A DNA stretch of 64,000 bases from Paraspadella gotoi (Eukaryota > Animalia > Chaetognatha). A model generated the notes under the pieces. It searched no databases and was not told the origin of the DNA. It saw nothing but the letters and a program-made list of their open reading frames with translations. The stretch lies in the NCBI GenBank assembly GCA_051294375.1, contig CM119271.1, positions 6,294,698 to 6,358,697 of the forward strand, given 5' to 3'. This document shows positions 1 to 17,212 of this stretch, piece by piece (position 1 is the first letter of the stretch; each line of letters starts with the position of its first letter). The translations under genes were made by a program, and so were the position numbers.

Positions 1-2943
1 AATATTAAAATATATATACTTTTTATGAAGAAATGTAATTAATAATGTATTCCTAAAATTCATAAACAAGAAAATAAATTATTATAAAAAATTTTGAAAA
101 CATAAATATCAAGCTTACAACTATAGCAACTACAAACTCTACCTGAGAGGAGGAGGAGAAAACGGAAGCTTCAAAACTCGAACTAATCGTAATTAGGGTT
201 TTACGATAAATCGACCTCGGAGTTCGAAGACGCCCGTCGAAATGAGAGTAGAAGTCGCGACGACGAATTCATCAAAAGTCGCGAACAAATTCTCTGCTTT
301 TTTTATTTTAACTTTTTCACTGCGTTTTTATATCGCAACATAGTTGCTGCGTAGTCACCCACTTGCTTCGAGATTTACATTAGGGACCTTTTTCACTTCG
401 CCGATCGCGAGATTGATAAGTCTCGTTAGACTCCTTAGAGGGAAAAAAGCGAATCACATATAGACAATATAATCACATATAGACAATTATATATGTAATG
501 TAGTACATTACTAAATTTGCCACATTTTTGCTATTTCTTTCGCTTGTTACCTCCGTAAGTATATAAATATTTTCTACATTCCTCTTATGGTTTTCACAGA
601 CATTGCCACAAGTAGACTTTTCGTTGTACCTAAAAAGGTTCGCCAAAAATGAAAATAACTTTTATCTCGATCTCAGGGCTAAAAACTTTCCATTTCTACC
701 TACTACAGCCTGGGAATTGTCAACTTCCCACAGACCAGCCCAACTTGCCACATTACCAGAAGTTTCCCACATCGCAAATGCAAAGAAGGAGAAATCTTAA
801 TGCATATATTTCTCCCTCCAACAAAAAAAAAAAGAAGATAGGGGGCGTGGGGGGGGTCAAATATCCAAGCGTTAGACGATCAAGATTTTGGTCGCGTGGG
901 AGAGGAATTTGTGAAAGTGAACTTGCCACGCCGGATCGTCCGCAACATCGACCAGGGATAATTAAAAGTGATAACAGTAGTATTTATTTTTTAACAGAAT
1001 CGCATCCATATTTATCATTTATTGCGTGGGATTTCACTGGGTTTTTTTTTTTTTTTTTAAGAAAAAAATCGGCGATGAGAAAAAAAAATTAATAAAAACA
1101 CATTTGAATCGGAAATCCATTTTATCTGAGATGAGGAAGAGGAAGAGGATGAAAATTTAATCTTCTTGTGAAAATAGATGTTTTCTGTGTTGTGAGCGAG
1201 TGCAGTGATCAAGGCGAGCGAGTGAGAGAATTTTGATCAACGAATTTTTTTTTTCCGAAGCACAATTTTTTTGGCAACCCACTCTTGTCAAACGACGGAA
1301 GAAATGATTGATGTAGAATAAAAAGGGGGAAAAAATATAAAAGAAATAAGATGACGCTGTCGAGTAGTTATTTTTAGGAACTTCGAAACGTTACCATAGA
1401 TATCGACAATTAAAATCAATCAGATCGCGAGATTATTTTGTCAGAAAAAAAAAAACAGTTCAAAAATCTGTGATAAAATTGAAACAAAAGAAATTTAAGA
1501 ACTTCGTCGCCGCGAAATCTAGAAAATAAAAAAAAATGAAAAAAAAGCCACGAATGAAACGACGAATACTAAAAATAGAAGGAGATTGAACGAAGGGAAA
1601 AATGAGATGCGGGAGACGAAGGCAATTCCAAAGAGATGAAGAGACAATGCCAATGGAAATGGAATTTGAGCCCAGAACCAATAACCATGAATGAGTTTCG
1701 ACAAATTGTTAAAAAACAGAAAATGAATAAGGGTGTTTTTAGTTTATAGAAACATTGGACCAAGCAAAGACGAAAAAAATATTACAAATTCAAAATCCCA
1801 ATCTTGCCAGAATGAGCTCTCTGTAAAAACTGCATAAACATTGTTCCACTTCACTGTGGGAGTTAATAAAAAAAATAGTTTTGATTGAAAGCTTCTAGGG
1901 TCTTGTTATGTAATTATCTTATAAGAAGGAAGATAGCATATTGAATGAATGGATACTTTTTATCTTGGTTGTACTAATTTCATAACTCTCTAGTGTCTAA
2001 ATTAGAGATAACTAAAAATGACAATAATACCCCGGAAATCCAATTACAATGCGAAATGAAATCTACAAATATATTCTTAACAAACGTATTTAGAATTATG
2101 GTCACAGAATTTTTATTTGAATATTTTTTTTTATTCAGCCGTCACTTCCGAGTAAAATTAAAACGTCGCAAGATTACTCACGACGCAGAAAGAAAACAAA
2201 TATCATCGCACGACAACGTTGCGTACTAGAAAATGCGTATCGCCGAACATAACATAACATAACATAACATTACTTAAAATTGTTTCGCGTGAAAACCGAG
2301 ACCACGTGATCGATGCGACACACGAACACGCATCACCCCATCACCTCGCGAAGCATAACGCGCGCGCAAAAAAAAAATCTCACGTGATCACGACGCATGT
2401 AGGTTCATGTGCGTTGAGAGTCACGTGATGGCGTGAATGGTGCGTGAATTCCACGCTTCCGTAATTCTTTTCTGCGGTTTTGAATGGGAAAGAGGAAGAC
2501 GCGAAAGGCGACGATAATTAAGACGACGGTAATGTCGACGTCCGACCGACGACGACGACGACGACGACGACGATGCCTACGAGAACGACCAGCTCGGTGA
2601 CGACAAAGAGAAGGTGTAATGAAAAAAAATTATCTGCTGTCGCGGATAATATCGACTGCGGTATTTGATTTATATAGATACAAAACTGAACACCTATTCT
2701 GCTTNNNNNNNNNNNNNNNNNNNNNNTATAACTTATATATAACAACAACTTTATATAACAGAATCGGTTTATCATTCACGTCCCGTGATTCCAGACGGTG
2801 ATTCGATAATGGCATTGCTTGCATCTAGAACTGCTTGGTGGTTTGAATGGCTCGAACGATGGCGAGGCGTGAACGTTGGAATTGACATTTGGATCTCGAT
2901 GGCTGCTTGAAGGGCTTCATTCTCTCCCTCTTTACCATTGTAG

Positions 2944-5815
<2,872 letters not shown>

Positions 5816-6039
5816 TAAGAGGGAAACGGGTCAAAATCTGGCTGGAATGGGAGCGAGGAAGAGAAAAAGAGAGAAAGAAAGAAATAGACAGAGAGAGAAT
5901 CGAAACTAAACTCTCCTATAATTTTATGTCTTATTGCACTGTGCGGATACAATGAGAAAATAATAGTGTAACTCTGTAAAGGCTTTTGATATCGAAACAC
6001 ACAGAAATGAATTGTGAATGCATTGAATGTTGCTTACCA

Positions 6040-6960
6040 AACGGAAAAGAAAAGAGAGATAAGAAAAGAGGTTTAGGGAAACTAAGCTGAAATAGGGAAA
6101 GAAAGGATATTAAAAGAAAAAAAGAAAGGAGAATGAAATTAGGAAAGAAAGGAGAGTGAAAAAAGGGAAGAAAAGAAGACTGAAAGAATTAAATGAATGA
6201 AAAGGGCCTTGAAGAAGAATTGAAAGAAAAGTGAAAGAAGAATTGAAAGAAGAATGAGAATTAAATAAATAAAAAGGGGCCTTGAAGAAGAAATGAAAGA
6301 AGAATGAAGAATTGTAAGGAGACTGAAAGAATGAAATAAATGAAAAGGGCCTTGAAGAAGAATTGAAAGAAAAGTGAAATAAGAATTGAAAGAAGACTTG
6401 AAAGAAGGAAAGAAGGTAAAGGATAGGAGAAAGATTCAAAGAAAAGAAAGGAGAGAGAAATGAAATTGACCTAAAAAAAAAGAAAGAAAGAAAAAGAAGA
6501 GAAAGAAAGGCCGAGAAAGGGAAATAAAAGGAGAGTGAAAGGGATTCAAATGTCGCGCGATAAGAAGAAAACGCGGATTGGAGAGAAAAAAGGAAGCCTC
6601 GCGTTTTCGATGAGTTAAAAAACGGAATTATCGGGAGAAAAGGATGAAAAGGAGAAAAGAAGAGAAAAAAGAAAAAAAAAAGGAGGAAGAAAAGTGAAAG
6701 AAAAGCGGGAATGGAAAGAAATTTAAGAAGAAAGGAAGAAGAAACCGAGAAAAACGAATTATATAGCAAGAAGAGGGAAAGAAAGCAAAAAAAAGGAGCG
6801 ATGGATGACAAAGAAAGTGAGACGCGCGAAATACAAGAAGAAAGGGTTTTTTAAAAAAAAAAAATAATAATAATAGTAATCGAGAAAATCTAAAGAAAAG
6901 CGAGAGAGAGAGAAAAAAAGCGAAAGATAGCAAGCAGAAAGTAAATCACGGGAAATGGAG
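6040..6960 (+). repeat. Purine-rich low-complexity tract with a degenerate ~70-bp repeat
   Basis: AAATGAA..AAAGGGCCTTGAAGAAGAATTGAAAGAA recurs at ~6190, ~6270 and ~6340. Confidence 0.7.
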
Positions 6961-7493
6961 AGAAGAAAAAATCGTTAATGCCCTCGTAAGCGGGATAAAG
7001 CATCGGAAAGGGAAATTGAAAGACGTGAGAAATGGACGGGTGTTTCGGGGAAGAAGGGGGGGGGTACGAAGAAGTGGAAAGAGAAATAACGAAATATCGA
7101 TAAAGTATTTTTAATGGAAAGAAGTTTGATGACGACACGGAAGTTGCGGGGAAAAGTTAAGACAGCGCGGCCGGGGGGTTGAACACCTCGCTTCGTCAAG
7201 TTGGCTAATCGCTTATCTGTCCGTTGGTGCGACGGAAGCAGAATGTTTTGACGACGACGACTGCGGCGAAGATAAGAGATTTACAAATAAAAAAAAAACA
7301 AATGTCAAAAGAGAGAAATGAAAGAAGAAATGACGTGTTTTCGAAAGAAAAAGGGGTAAGTCGAGCCCGCGGGGACAACCTCACCCGCGAGGCTCGATCG
7401 TCGCGTGCAAGCATTCTTTCGCGTGCCGTCGCCTCGCGTCTTCGTCTCATCTTAACAAGGAAGAAAAAAGATGGCGGAGAAAGAGAGATGAGA

Positions 7494-7526
<33 letters not shown>

Positions 7527-9049
7527 TGTTGACGTCGCCGACGATGATAACGACGAAGACAATGCCGACACCAAAGATAGTGACTACACCGACGAGGATG
7601 GCAACTATGACGACGACAATGATAGTGCCGATATTGACGATGTTAGGCAATGAATAAATAATGACGATGATCAAAAAGGCTAAGAGAATAATGACAGAAG
7701 TAATGCTCATGTCAAGGACGACACAAATGACAAGAGTGACAGCAATGATGCTGAATTGTCGATGATGATGACGATGATGCCGATGTATGTGTCAACAACG
7801 ACGGCGACGATTCCGACGACGACTACGACGATGCCGAAGGCAAAGACAACGACGCTCAAGACGACGATGACGACAAAGACAGAGTTTGCGTTGGAAAGAC
7901 AAAGAAAAATCTCAAATGAAGAGAAATTATCGAAAGAGAAGTTGCGTTTTAGAATGGGAAGGAAAAGAAAGGGGATAAAGGAGAAGAGTCAATAGGAATA
8001 AGAATTTCTAAAAAAATTTGGTTAAGAACGAGGAATATACGAAAAATATACTAATTTAGGATGTTAAAAATATACCTTTTTCAATCGAGTTTAAAAAAGT
8101 AAACAAAGGCTTCATCTTTAAACGGAAGAAAAACTACACAATTTCCGCTCGTCTTATTTTCTCTGACTCGGAAGGAAGGGAATCGAATAAATGTGAGTAA
8201 TGGAAAAAGGCCAACGTTGGAGAAATGAAGCTCTCGACTGAGTAATGAGGATTTGTTGAGTGAAAACGCGCCGGGGATTTGAGGCCGGCGTCGGATCAAT
8301 CCGCTTTAATTTTGGTTTAATGTTTTGTAAAGATAATGGAAAAGAAAGTAAGTTAATTTTGATTTGAGGGAATTATCCTTTGATCCAAAGGAATACAAGT
8401 CTTAATAGTTGTTAATAAACTAAACCGTTTGAAAGACTTGATTGAAAGCTTGCAGGATCTTGTAGGTGAGGGATGAAGTCCTAAACAAACATACCTATCC
8501 AATATCCATTGTCCAATGTCAGTAGCCAAGATTAGTAGCTCGTTTATTAAGTGAATGTTTAATGTTTGAATTGATGTTACGACTTAATTTCATAGAATCT
8601 GACGCTAATCATGATATACTGTTTGGAGCAATCGCCACAGATAATTCGCGACCCTTTCCTCTCTGTCTCTATCATTCTTTTTCTCTCCCCACACATCTCG
8701 ACTGTCTTTTCAAGGATCGTCATTTCGATTATGACGTCTGCGTAAAACGCTACTCGATCCTGATTAACTATTTAAACGATAAGAAGAGAGCAACGATGCG
8801 GTCCACGCCCGAGATATCAAGATCCTCTCGAAGAGCTAGAACCAAGATAAAGCCACGGCCAAAGACGACGACGACGACCACGACGATTTACAAAAACGAC
8901 CACGACGTCGACGACGACCAAAAATACGACCACGACGTCGACGACCATAAAGACGACCGTGACGTCGATGACCCGTCGACCACGACTAGAATGACGAGAA
9001 AGACGTCGACCAAAAAGAGGACGATGACATCGACGACCAATAAGGATGA

Positions 9050-10435
9050 NNNNNNNNNNNNNNNNNNNNNNNNNNNNNNNNNNNNNNNNNNNNNNNNNNN
9101 NNNNNNNNNNNNNNNNNNNNNNNNNNNNNNNNNNNNNNNNNNNNNNNNNNNNNNNNNNNNNNNNNNNNNNNNNNNNNNNNNNNNNNNNNNNNNNNNNNNN
9201 NNNNNNNNNNNNNNNNNNNNNNNNNNNNNNNNNNNNNNNNNNNNNNNNNNNNNNNNNNNNNNNNNNNNNNNNNNNNNNNNNNNNNNNNNNNNNNNNNNGG
9301 GGGGCGGCCACGACAATACAAAAAGAGGAGGGAAAAAGAGAAGATAATGAGGACATTAAGGATTATGCGGATGATGAGGAGGGAGGGAGGAGGAGGAGGA
9401 GGAGGAGGAGGAGAAAATAGAAAGAAAAGACAGAAATGAGATTGAAAGAATCAAAAAGGTGGAAGGGAAGACGGGGGGGAAAATGGAAATTGTAAGGGAA
9501 AGAGGAAAAATAAAGGGAAGGGGAAAGGATAGAAGATAAAAAAAGGAAAGTGAAGGAAAAGAGTATTTAGTGAAGATGAAGATAAAAAAAAAGAGAGAGA
9601 AAGAGTAAAGCGGATAATGAAGGAAGAGAAAAAAAACCGATTTATTAAAGCTCAAGAATAAATAAAAGTGGCGAAAAAAAAGGAAAAGAGAAAAAAAAGG
9701 AGGAAAGAAAATAAAGGAAGAGAAAAAAAAACGATTTATTAAANNNNNNNNNNNNNNNNNNNNNNNNNNNNNNNNNNNNNNNNNNNNNNNNNNNNNNNNN
9801 NNNNNNNNNNNNNNNNNNNNNNNNNNNNNNNNNNNNNNNNNNNNNNNNNNNNNNNNNNNNNNNNNNNNNNNNNNNNNNNNNNNNNNNNNNNNNNNNNNNN
9901 NNNNNNNNNNNNNNNNNNNNNNNNNNNNNNNNNNNNNNNNNNNNNNNNNNNNNNNNNNNNNNNNNNNNNNNNNNNNNNNNNNNNNNNNNNNNNNNNNNNN
10001 NNNNNNNNNNNNNNNNNNNNNNNNNNNNNNNNNNNNNNNNNNNNNNNNNNNNNCGACGACGAGAATTTAAGGTGAAGTGATAGTTATTGCGACGAGATGG
10101 ACAAAGCGAGCAGAAGAGGAGGAGGAGGAGGAGGAGGAGGAGTAGGAGGAGGAAATGAGAAAAGTCAAATGGAAAAGGAGAAAGTAAGATAGAAATTTTA
10201 ATTTGACTTTGCTCGTTATCACCTCTTCCTTATATTTGCCCTTCAATTATTTTTTTTTCTTTCTCATCCCTCTTTAATCACCCACTTATCATTTTACAAG
10301 TATCCCGATTTTTTGTTTTCCTCTTCGCAAAATAGTAGCCCTCTTTGCCGCCGATCCCCGTACAAGGCTGTCTCGCCTGTCTTCTAGACAGTGTCTAGCC
10401 AATCTCTTCTCAACCTTTATGCTCTCTTTCTGTCT

Positions 10436-10481
<46 letters not shown>

Positions 10482-10498
10482 CTCCACCTATCTCTCCT

Positions 10499-10530
<32 letters not shown>

Positions 10531-11553
10531 CATCCTCCTTGCAATCTTGTTCCCTTCACAGTTTCCTTTCCTCCTTTCTTCCCTGTCTCCTCTACCCAAT
10601 GATCTTCCTCTTTCTCTCATTCCTCCCTCTCCTTCTCCACTCTACGGTATCTCTCTCTCTCTCCATCTTCCCTCTTGAGTTCTTTTGTTTTCTTTTCCCT
10701 TCGGTCTGCCTCATTTGTCCGGCCTCTCCATTCCGCCGTCCGCTCTTCTCCTTCAGCCTCTTCTCCTTCCACAACGACCTCGTATTTGGTCTTCCCGTCC
10801 ATTCGTCCTCTTGCCATTTTATGGTCCCCCNNNNNNNNNNNNNNNNNNNNNNNNNNNNNNNNNNNNNNNNNNNNNNNNNNNNNNNNNNNNNNNNNNNNNN
10901 NNNNNNNNNNNNNNNNNNNNNNNNNNNNNNNNNNNNNNNNNNNNNNNNNNNNNNNNNNNNNNNNNNNNNNNNNNNNNNNNNNNNNNNNNNNNNNNNNNNN
11001 NNNNNNNNNNNNNNNNNNNNNNNNNNNNNNNNNNNNNNNNNNNNNNNNNNNNNNNNNNNNNNNNNNNNNNNNNNNNNNNNNNNNNNNNNNNNNNNNNNNN
11101 NNNNNNNNNNNNNNNNNNNNNNNNNNNNNNNNNNNNNNNNNNNNNNNNNNNNNNNNNNNNNNNNNNNNNNNNNNNNNNNNNNNNNNNNNNNNNNNNNNNN
11201 NNNNNNNNNNNNNNNNNNNNNNNNNNNNNNNNNNNNNNNNNNNNNNNNNNNNNNNNNNNNNNNNNNNNNNNNNNNNNNNNNNNNNNNNNNNNNNNNNNNN
11301 NNNNNNNNNNNNNNNNNNNNNNNNNNNNNNNNNNNNNNNNNNNNNNNNNNNNNNNNNNNNNNNNNNNNNNNNNNNNNNNNNNNNNNNNNNNNNNNNNNNN
11401 NNNNNNNNNNNNNNNNNNNNNNNNNNNNNNNNNNNNNNNNNNNNNNNNNNNNNNNNNNNNNNNNNNNNNNNNNNNNNNNNNNNNNNNNNNNNNNNNNNNN
11501 NNNNNNNNNNNNNNNNNNNNNNNNNNNNNNNNNNNNNNNNNNNNNNNNNNNNN
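9050..11553. other. Assembly gaps 9050-9298, 9744-10053, 10831-11553 (others at 20924-21088, 21975-22259, 47510-47721, 48244-48406)
   Basis: Runs of N. Confidence 0.99.
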
Positions 11554-11852
11554 AATAAATAAAGATCGCGATTGAATAGAAGAAAAAAATAAATGGCGCA
11601 GATGACGATGACGTAAACGACGACGATAACAACGACGACGCGTTTTCTTTCTCTTTTGACGTCACGCACGCCAGGAAAGAAGAGATAGAGAGAAAAAGAA
11701 AGATGGAGAGAAAAAAATATTTGATTTTAGGATTTCTCTGTGGAAAAAAAAATGGTGGAGAACGAGTCACCATTTTATACGTTTTAGAATTATTATTACA
11801 TACGAAGCAAACCGCTTCAGTCCACTCTATCATTGTCTTTCTCGTCTCTTTT

Positions 11853-11982
11853 ATCTCTTTCCTTCTCATCCTTCCACCATTTCATTTTCTTTTCTCCTCC
11901 CTCCTCTATCTCTTTCCTTCTCATCCTTCCTCCATTTCCTTTTCTTTTCTCCTCCCTCCTCTATCTCTTTCCTTCTCATCCC
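11853..11982 (+). repeat. ~55-bp pyrimidine-rich tandem repeat, about 2.4 units
   Basis: ATCTCTTTCCTTCTCATCCTTCC.CCATTTC.TTTTCTTTTCTCCTCCCTCCTCT repeated. Confidence 0.75.
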
Positions 11983-12472
11983 CCTCGAAATTTCCTCGTA
12001 ATTCCTCTCAGCCTCTCTTCCCGCGCTTCGTCGAATCGCGATCGAAATTCGATTCGAACTAAAAACATGCATTTCATTTAGATTCCACTGTTCTTTTTTT
12101 TTTCTTTTTTTTTTTCTCCGGTCGATCGCTGCGCACCAAGCGACTCTCATTCGTCCCCGAACTAATGAACAGCGTACTTGAAATTTGTAAACAAATAAAG
12201 GAGATGCGTGGGGAGTTTGATAATGGTTTTTTTTTTCTTTTTTTGGTACACTGTGAGAGAACAAACAAGATAAGAACGTAATATGAAAGATAACCGAGCG
12301 AGATGAAGTTTGGCCTGAAAGACAAGAGAGAAAGAATGAGTGAACAAAGATAAGGAGAGAAGGAGAAACGAAAGACCACGGGAAAGAAGACAATAATGAA
12401 AACGATGAAGAAGGAACGACACTAGGCGTGCCGTTCAAGAAAAAGGCACAAACAAAAGCAAGGCAGAGGCAA

Positions 12473-12554
<82 letters not shown>

Positions 12555-13093
12555 AATTAAGCGTCTTAAAATAGACAAGGAACCAAGGCGAGACTCAGCT
12601 TAAGTCGCCAAAAAAAGATCCCGAGAAAAGAAAAAGAAAAAGATTTAAACAAAAGAGAAGGGAGTAGAAAAGAGGATCTCGCTAAAAAAAAAAGGAGAAC
12701 CGAAAATAAAAATGGCGGATGTAAAATGTGGCGGGAAAAAAACAAAAAAACATTGGCGTAGTTTTTCTCTCTCTCTCTCTCTCTCCCCGCTTTTGTTTTT
12801 AACTTTGGGACAAAAAGGAAAACAGAAACAAAAGGGAAAGAGAGAGATTAAAGCAGAAAAGAGGGAGAGAGAAGAAAGAGAGAGGCGGAGAAGAGAAAGC
12901 GACTTAACAATTATGACCTTAAGAAGCGAAGGAGAGACAAATGCCTAATGGTCTGATGGAAGCAAAATAGCCTGAGAGCTTGAAGAAGCAAGTTTAGTTT
13001 AGTCATTAGTCATTGGTCTTTAAAATAGTATTTGAAAAATTGAAAACTCCTTCTAAGAGCCAACGATCATAGATTACTCCGTCGTGAAATGTA

Positions 13094-13300
13094 TGTAGTC
13101 GGGCATTGCCTTAGTTTACCCCGCCTATAAGCATGACACCTTCAGTTGTGACCCGGTGGCTCATTGAGTAAAGCCATCAGCCTTGGGGGCGTGCAAAACC
13201 CTGAAGCCTGGTTCCAAGCCCAGGACCCGTTCCATGGCTCCTGAGGGGGCTCAGAAGTTACGGATAGTAGTCTTCAGCCCACTTAGCGCCTTATCCACAT
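13094..13300 (+). mobile_element. Diverged copy of the SINE-like repeat with the B-box region deleted
   Basis: Colinear with 46376-46644 (TGTAGTCGGGCATTGC...CCGCCTATAAGCATGA...GACCCGGTGGCTCA...CCAGGACCCGTTCCATGGCT...CTTCAGCCCACTTA) but lacks about 75 nt after CCATCAGC. Confidence 0.65.
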
Positions 13301-15045
13301 GTATCCCTACTTTTCCGACCGGCCTTTATTCAAGTCTTTTCTTTTCATTTCTTTTCGATGCAGAGTCGTGAAGTGAACAACATCACCAAAAGTTAATTTT
13401 AAACTGATATTGTCTCTCGAAGCATCTGTCACTCGGGATGAAAAATAAGGCCTCCAGATCAACGCTGATGAAGAAGGAAAGGAAAAGATAATGTATCATT
13501 AATGAAAAAAAGCCGGAAAAGACGGGGCGAAAAGCCAAAGCGGGATATGTTGACTGACGAGAGAGAGATCAGCGAGAGAGAGAGAGAGAGAGAATGACGG
13601 GGGATGGGGAGAGGAGAGATGATAGGACGAGAGAACGAATGAGAGACGGAGAAGAGAGAGACAGACCACGAAGGAGCAGCAATCCAAGTAGAGACAAGAA
13701 AGACAGGACGACTAAGGAAACAGACGAGAGGAGAATTAGGACTAGAGAGATAGATGAGACAGAGAGAGATTTGAGAAGAAAGAGCAAGAGAGATGGAGAA
13801 AAAAAAAAACCATGAAAAATGGAAAGAGAGGCAGTTGTGAAAATTTTGATGGCTTGATGGCGGTTGAAGAGAAGTGATGAAGGATGTGACGAATGCGATG
13901 TGCTTACTTTAGCGGTTGATGTGGGTAAAGCCAACGGAGATTATCGAACGTGCGAATGCGAAATAACGAAATTACGACATGACGCTGATCCGGGGATGAC
14001 TAGTGACGGCCACTGGGAAGAGATGAGAGAGGAAGAGAGAGAGACGAGAGACGAGAGAGAGAGAGAGAGAGAGATGAGAGAGAGGAGATAAGAGGAGAGA
14101 AGGGAGATACAAGGGCGGGGAGACGGGGAAGGGGGGGCGGGAGAGAGACGGCAGAGGGAGAAGAGCAGAGGAGAAGGGGGAAGAGAGAGATGAAGGAGGT
14201 GAGAGAAAGCGAGCAGGGATGAGAGAGAGAGAGAGAGACGAGAGAACAGACGGGGGGGAAAGAAAGAGGCGTCACAAGAGTCAGGAGGCGATGTGAAGGG
14301 AAAGATGAGAAGAGAGAGCAGAGTGCAGATTACGGGAGAGAGTCAAAGAGAAGATACTAGGAGAGACAGAGACAAAGACGAAAAAGAGTAAAAGGAAAGC
14401 CAAAAGAGAAAGATATGAAAACATCCTCTAAATATAGAGAGAGAGAGAGAGAGAGACTGAGAGATAAGAGAGAGAGAAGGAGAGAGAGAGAGAAAGAGAG
14501 ATAGAGAGAGAGAAGAGAGAGTAGAGAGAGAGATGATGAGAGAGAGAGCAGAAAACGAGAGAGAGAGAGAGAGAGAGAGACGAGAGAGAGAGAGAGAGGA
14601 ATTCGGTTGATTATTCGACGGGAAAGACGATGACGTCGTCAGCCGCCACTTCGATCCTGCTCGAGGGGGGGAGTGGGCGGACTGAATAGGGGGTGGGTGA
14701 CGAGAAGGCGGGGGGCGAGGTGATGGAGGCGGGCGAAAAGGGCCATATACGAACCAAGCAATTAACTGCGGGTGTCAAGCCATGGGCGCATGACTGACTT
14801 ACAAATGGAAAAAGAAAAGTTGCCAATCGACGGACACAAATACCAAACAAAAAAAAAAAGATCATGAAGACATTAACAAATATTACGAAATCTCAGAGTG
14901 TAAACAAAAAAGTTAGAATGGAAAATGTATTGGCCGAAACTTTTTGCTTTTTTTTAGTTATGGAATTTTAGAAACGATTGTATGATGAAGAAAAGAAAAA
15001 AAGAAAGAAAGAAAGAAAGAAAGAANNNNNNNNNNNNNNNNNNNN

Positions 15046-15076
<31 letters not shown>

Positions 15077-15629
15077 AGGAAATGAAACCTGGAGCGAAAA
15101 AAAATTTTTAAAAATAAAAATAAATCAAAAATATAAAAAAAAATTGTAATCGACTTTTGCTCAAATTTCCATCCAAATGTTTCCTATCGTTTTTCTTTCA
15201 ATTTCTCCTCTAGATTTATTCCTTTTTTTTTAAATTCATATTTATTATTTAGTTTAACATTAATTCTTAGGATTTTCCTTTTCGAGTGCTGAGTCAAAAC
15301 TCGTTCTTAAACCATATTCTGTTGTTGAATTAAGAAGTTGATAAAATCAACTTAGAAGTGGCGCGGTATCGCTACTGGCAAACTCACTGCAATCTCCTCA
15401 CGCGCGATCCAGATTCTTACCAATCACGTAGCTTTCTCACGTGAACTGTCTCTCTCTCTCTCTCGTCGCTTCACATCCCCCCTCTTTCAAAATGGAGGCC
15501 GATTCTTTCAAAATTGCGACGTTTTAGAAGCTCGTCCCGGGGAAAATTTCAAAGGAACTCCAATATGCAAATGATGATTAAAACATCAACAAAACTGCGA
15601 CTCGTCGAAAGGAAATTTCCATGAAAAAT

Positions 15630-15690
<61 letters not shown>

Positions 15691-16079
15691 TCTCTCTCTC
15701 TCTCTGTCTTTAAATACGACGCTGAAAACCTAATGAACCCCTGGGTTAATTAAAGAAATCCCGACGGGGCGTCCCGCGTTTATTTTCCAAGACTTTTTCT
15801 TTTCTTTTTTTTGTTCTTCCACCTTCATTCGGATTCCATCTTTGATAAGAATTTTTTCACAAATTGAATTTTCTTTCATTGATTTTCATCGGACGATAGA
15901 GTCTCTCTCTCTCTCTCTTCGATAAAAAAAAATTATTTTAAAAATAAATTAAATTCAAGTAAAAATCTTTTTCTTTCGTTGATTGTTTAAAATATTTTAT
16001 TTTTCATTAGGAAATTTAGTATTGGAAAGGCATAACAAATTTTTAATAAATTTTCTTTGCTCTTATTAGAAGAACAAGA

Positions 16080-16240
16080 ACGGTAATTTCAATGTGTTGC
16101 GCCGCAGTGACTTTATTTTCACGTGATCACATGATATGACTTGACATGACATGACTAAAAAACTTTTTTGCCCATGTATTTATGACAATCACTGCATCTT
16201 TTATTTCTTATAGTTTTATGATTTCTTGAAGGCGGCGCAA
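16080..16240 (+). mobile_element. Related member of the GTTGCGCCGCAGT repeat family
   Basis: About 120 nt match the reverse complement of 41518-41636 (CGGTAATT..AATGTGTTGCGCCGCAGT..TTTATTTTCACGT..GATCACATGATATGAC..TATTTATGACA..CACTGCATC). Confidence 0.6.
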
Positions 16241-17212
16241 GCAGTCCCTTAGATTTGAGGTTATTTTCTGGACCGACCGACAGACAGAATTTCGTACCTC
16301 TGTGTACAAAAACTGTACATTAGACGTTTGAGCCGTCAGTTTTATTCAAGTTTACCGTATCTATAATATAAAACAAATTTTCAGCATAATGAAACGAACA
16401 TAAATTTTTTTTCTATTTTTATGGCAGTAATTTGAAGATTTTAGAATTCCATTTCAGTGTAAATTTACTATTTTTTAAAAGATATCCTCTGACCCATTGA
16501 TTCTTCTCGTGTCGTAACTTTACTCAGTTCGTCGAGTCTCATCCAAACTCGATGATATTAAAAAAAATCTAAAAACGATTTTTTTTCCCTTTTTTTTCTT
16601 CCCTCGCGACTTTTGCGATCCTAACCTTTGACCCCAGGGTCCCATCAAAGCGACCCGAAGACGGGGCTGTAGCCAAAGTCTCCCTCGGGGACGCCGCTTC
16701 GATCGCCTCTCTCTCTCTCTCTCTCTGTGCTTCGGAGCATTTCCCCATCTCAAGATGATGATGAGAAGAGCAAAAAAAAGGATGGAGGCTGGAGCAAGTA
16801 AGCACGGTTCTGCACTGGAGCGAGGCATTGAAGGAGCAAAGCTCAGTGGCGGGACGGGACGGACTCATAAACAAACAACAACAACATAAAAGTCTCACAC
16901 TCCATTTTTCACTCGATTAATTTAGTTTTATCGATTTCGGATTTCCAATAATTTAAGCTCGAATATTTTAAATATATACTAGATTTTCGATGAGTTTTGA
17001 AAATAATCACGGGGCTCAGAAATATTTAGTAATAATTCAAAGGGGTTTCTCATCATTAATAAAAGGTAAAATCCCGTCAGTAAAGTTTTAATCGGTTTTG
17101 AAAAAATTATATATTTATAATTTCCTATATTTTACTTAATTTTAACGTTTACTTATGTAGTAATTTATTTTCGTTACCTACCAGTACCTACCACTACTAG
17201 CTTCCTTGGACA

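Noticed and set aside
6110-6811. 233-aa Phe/Ser/Leu-rich ORF as a membrane protein
   Set aside because: Antisense translation of a purine-rich low-complexity tract.
10419-11869. Long ORFs of 295-425 aa
   Set aside because: Mostly X from the N gap.
14611-14800. GC-rich possible exon
   Set aside because: Several frames are equally open and no motif is recognisable.
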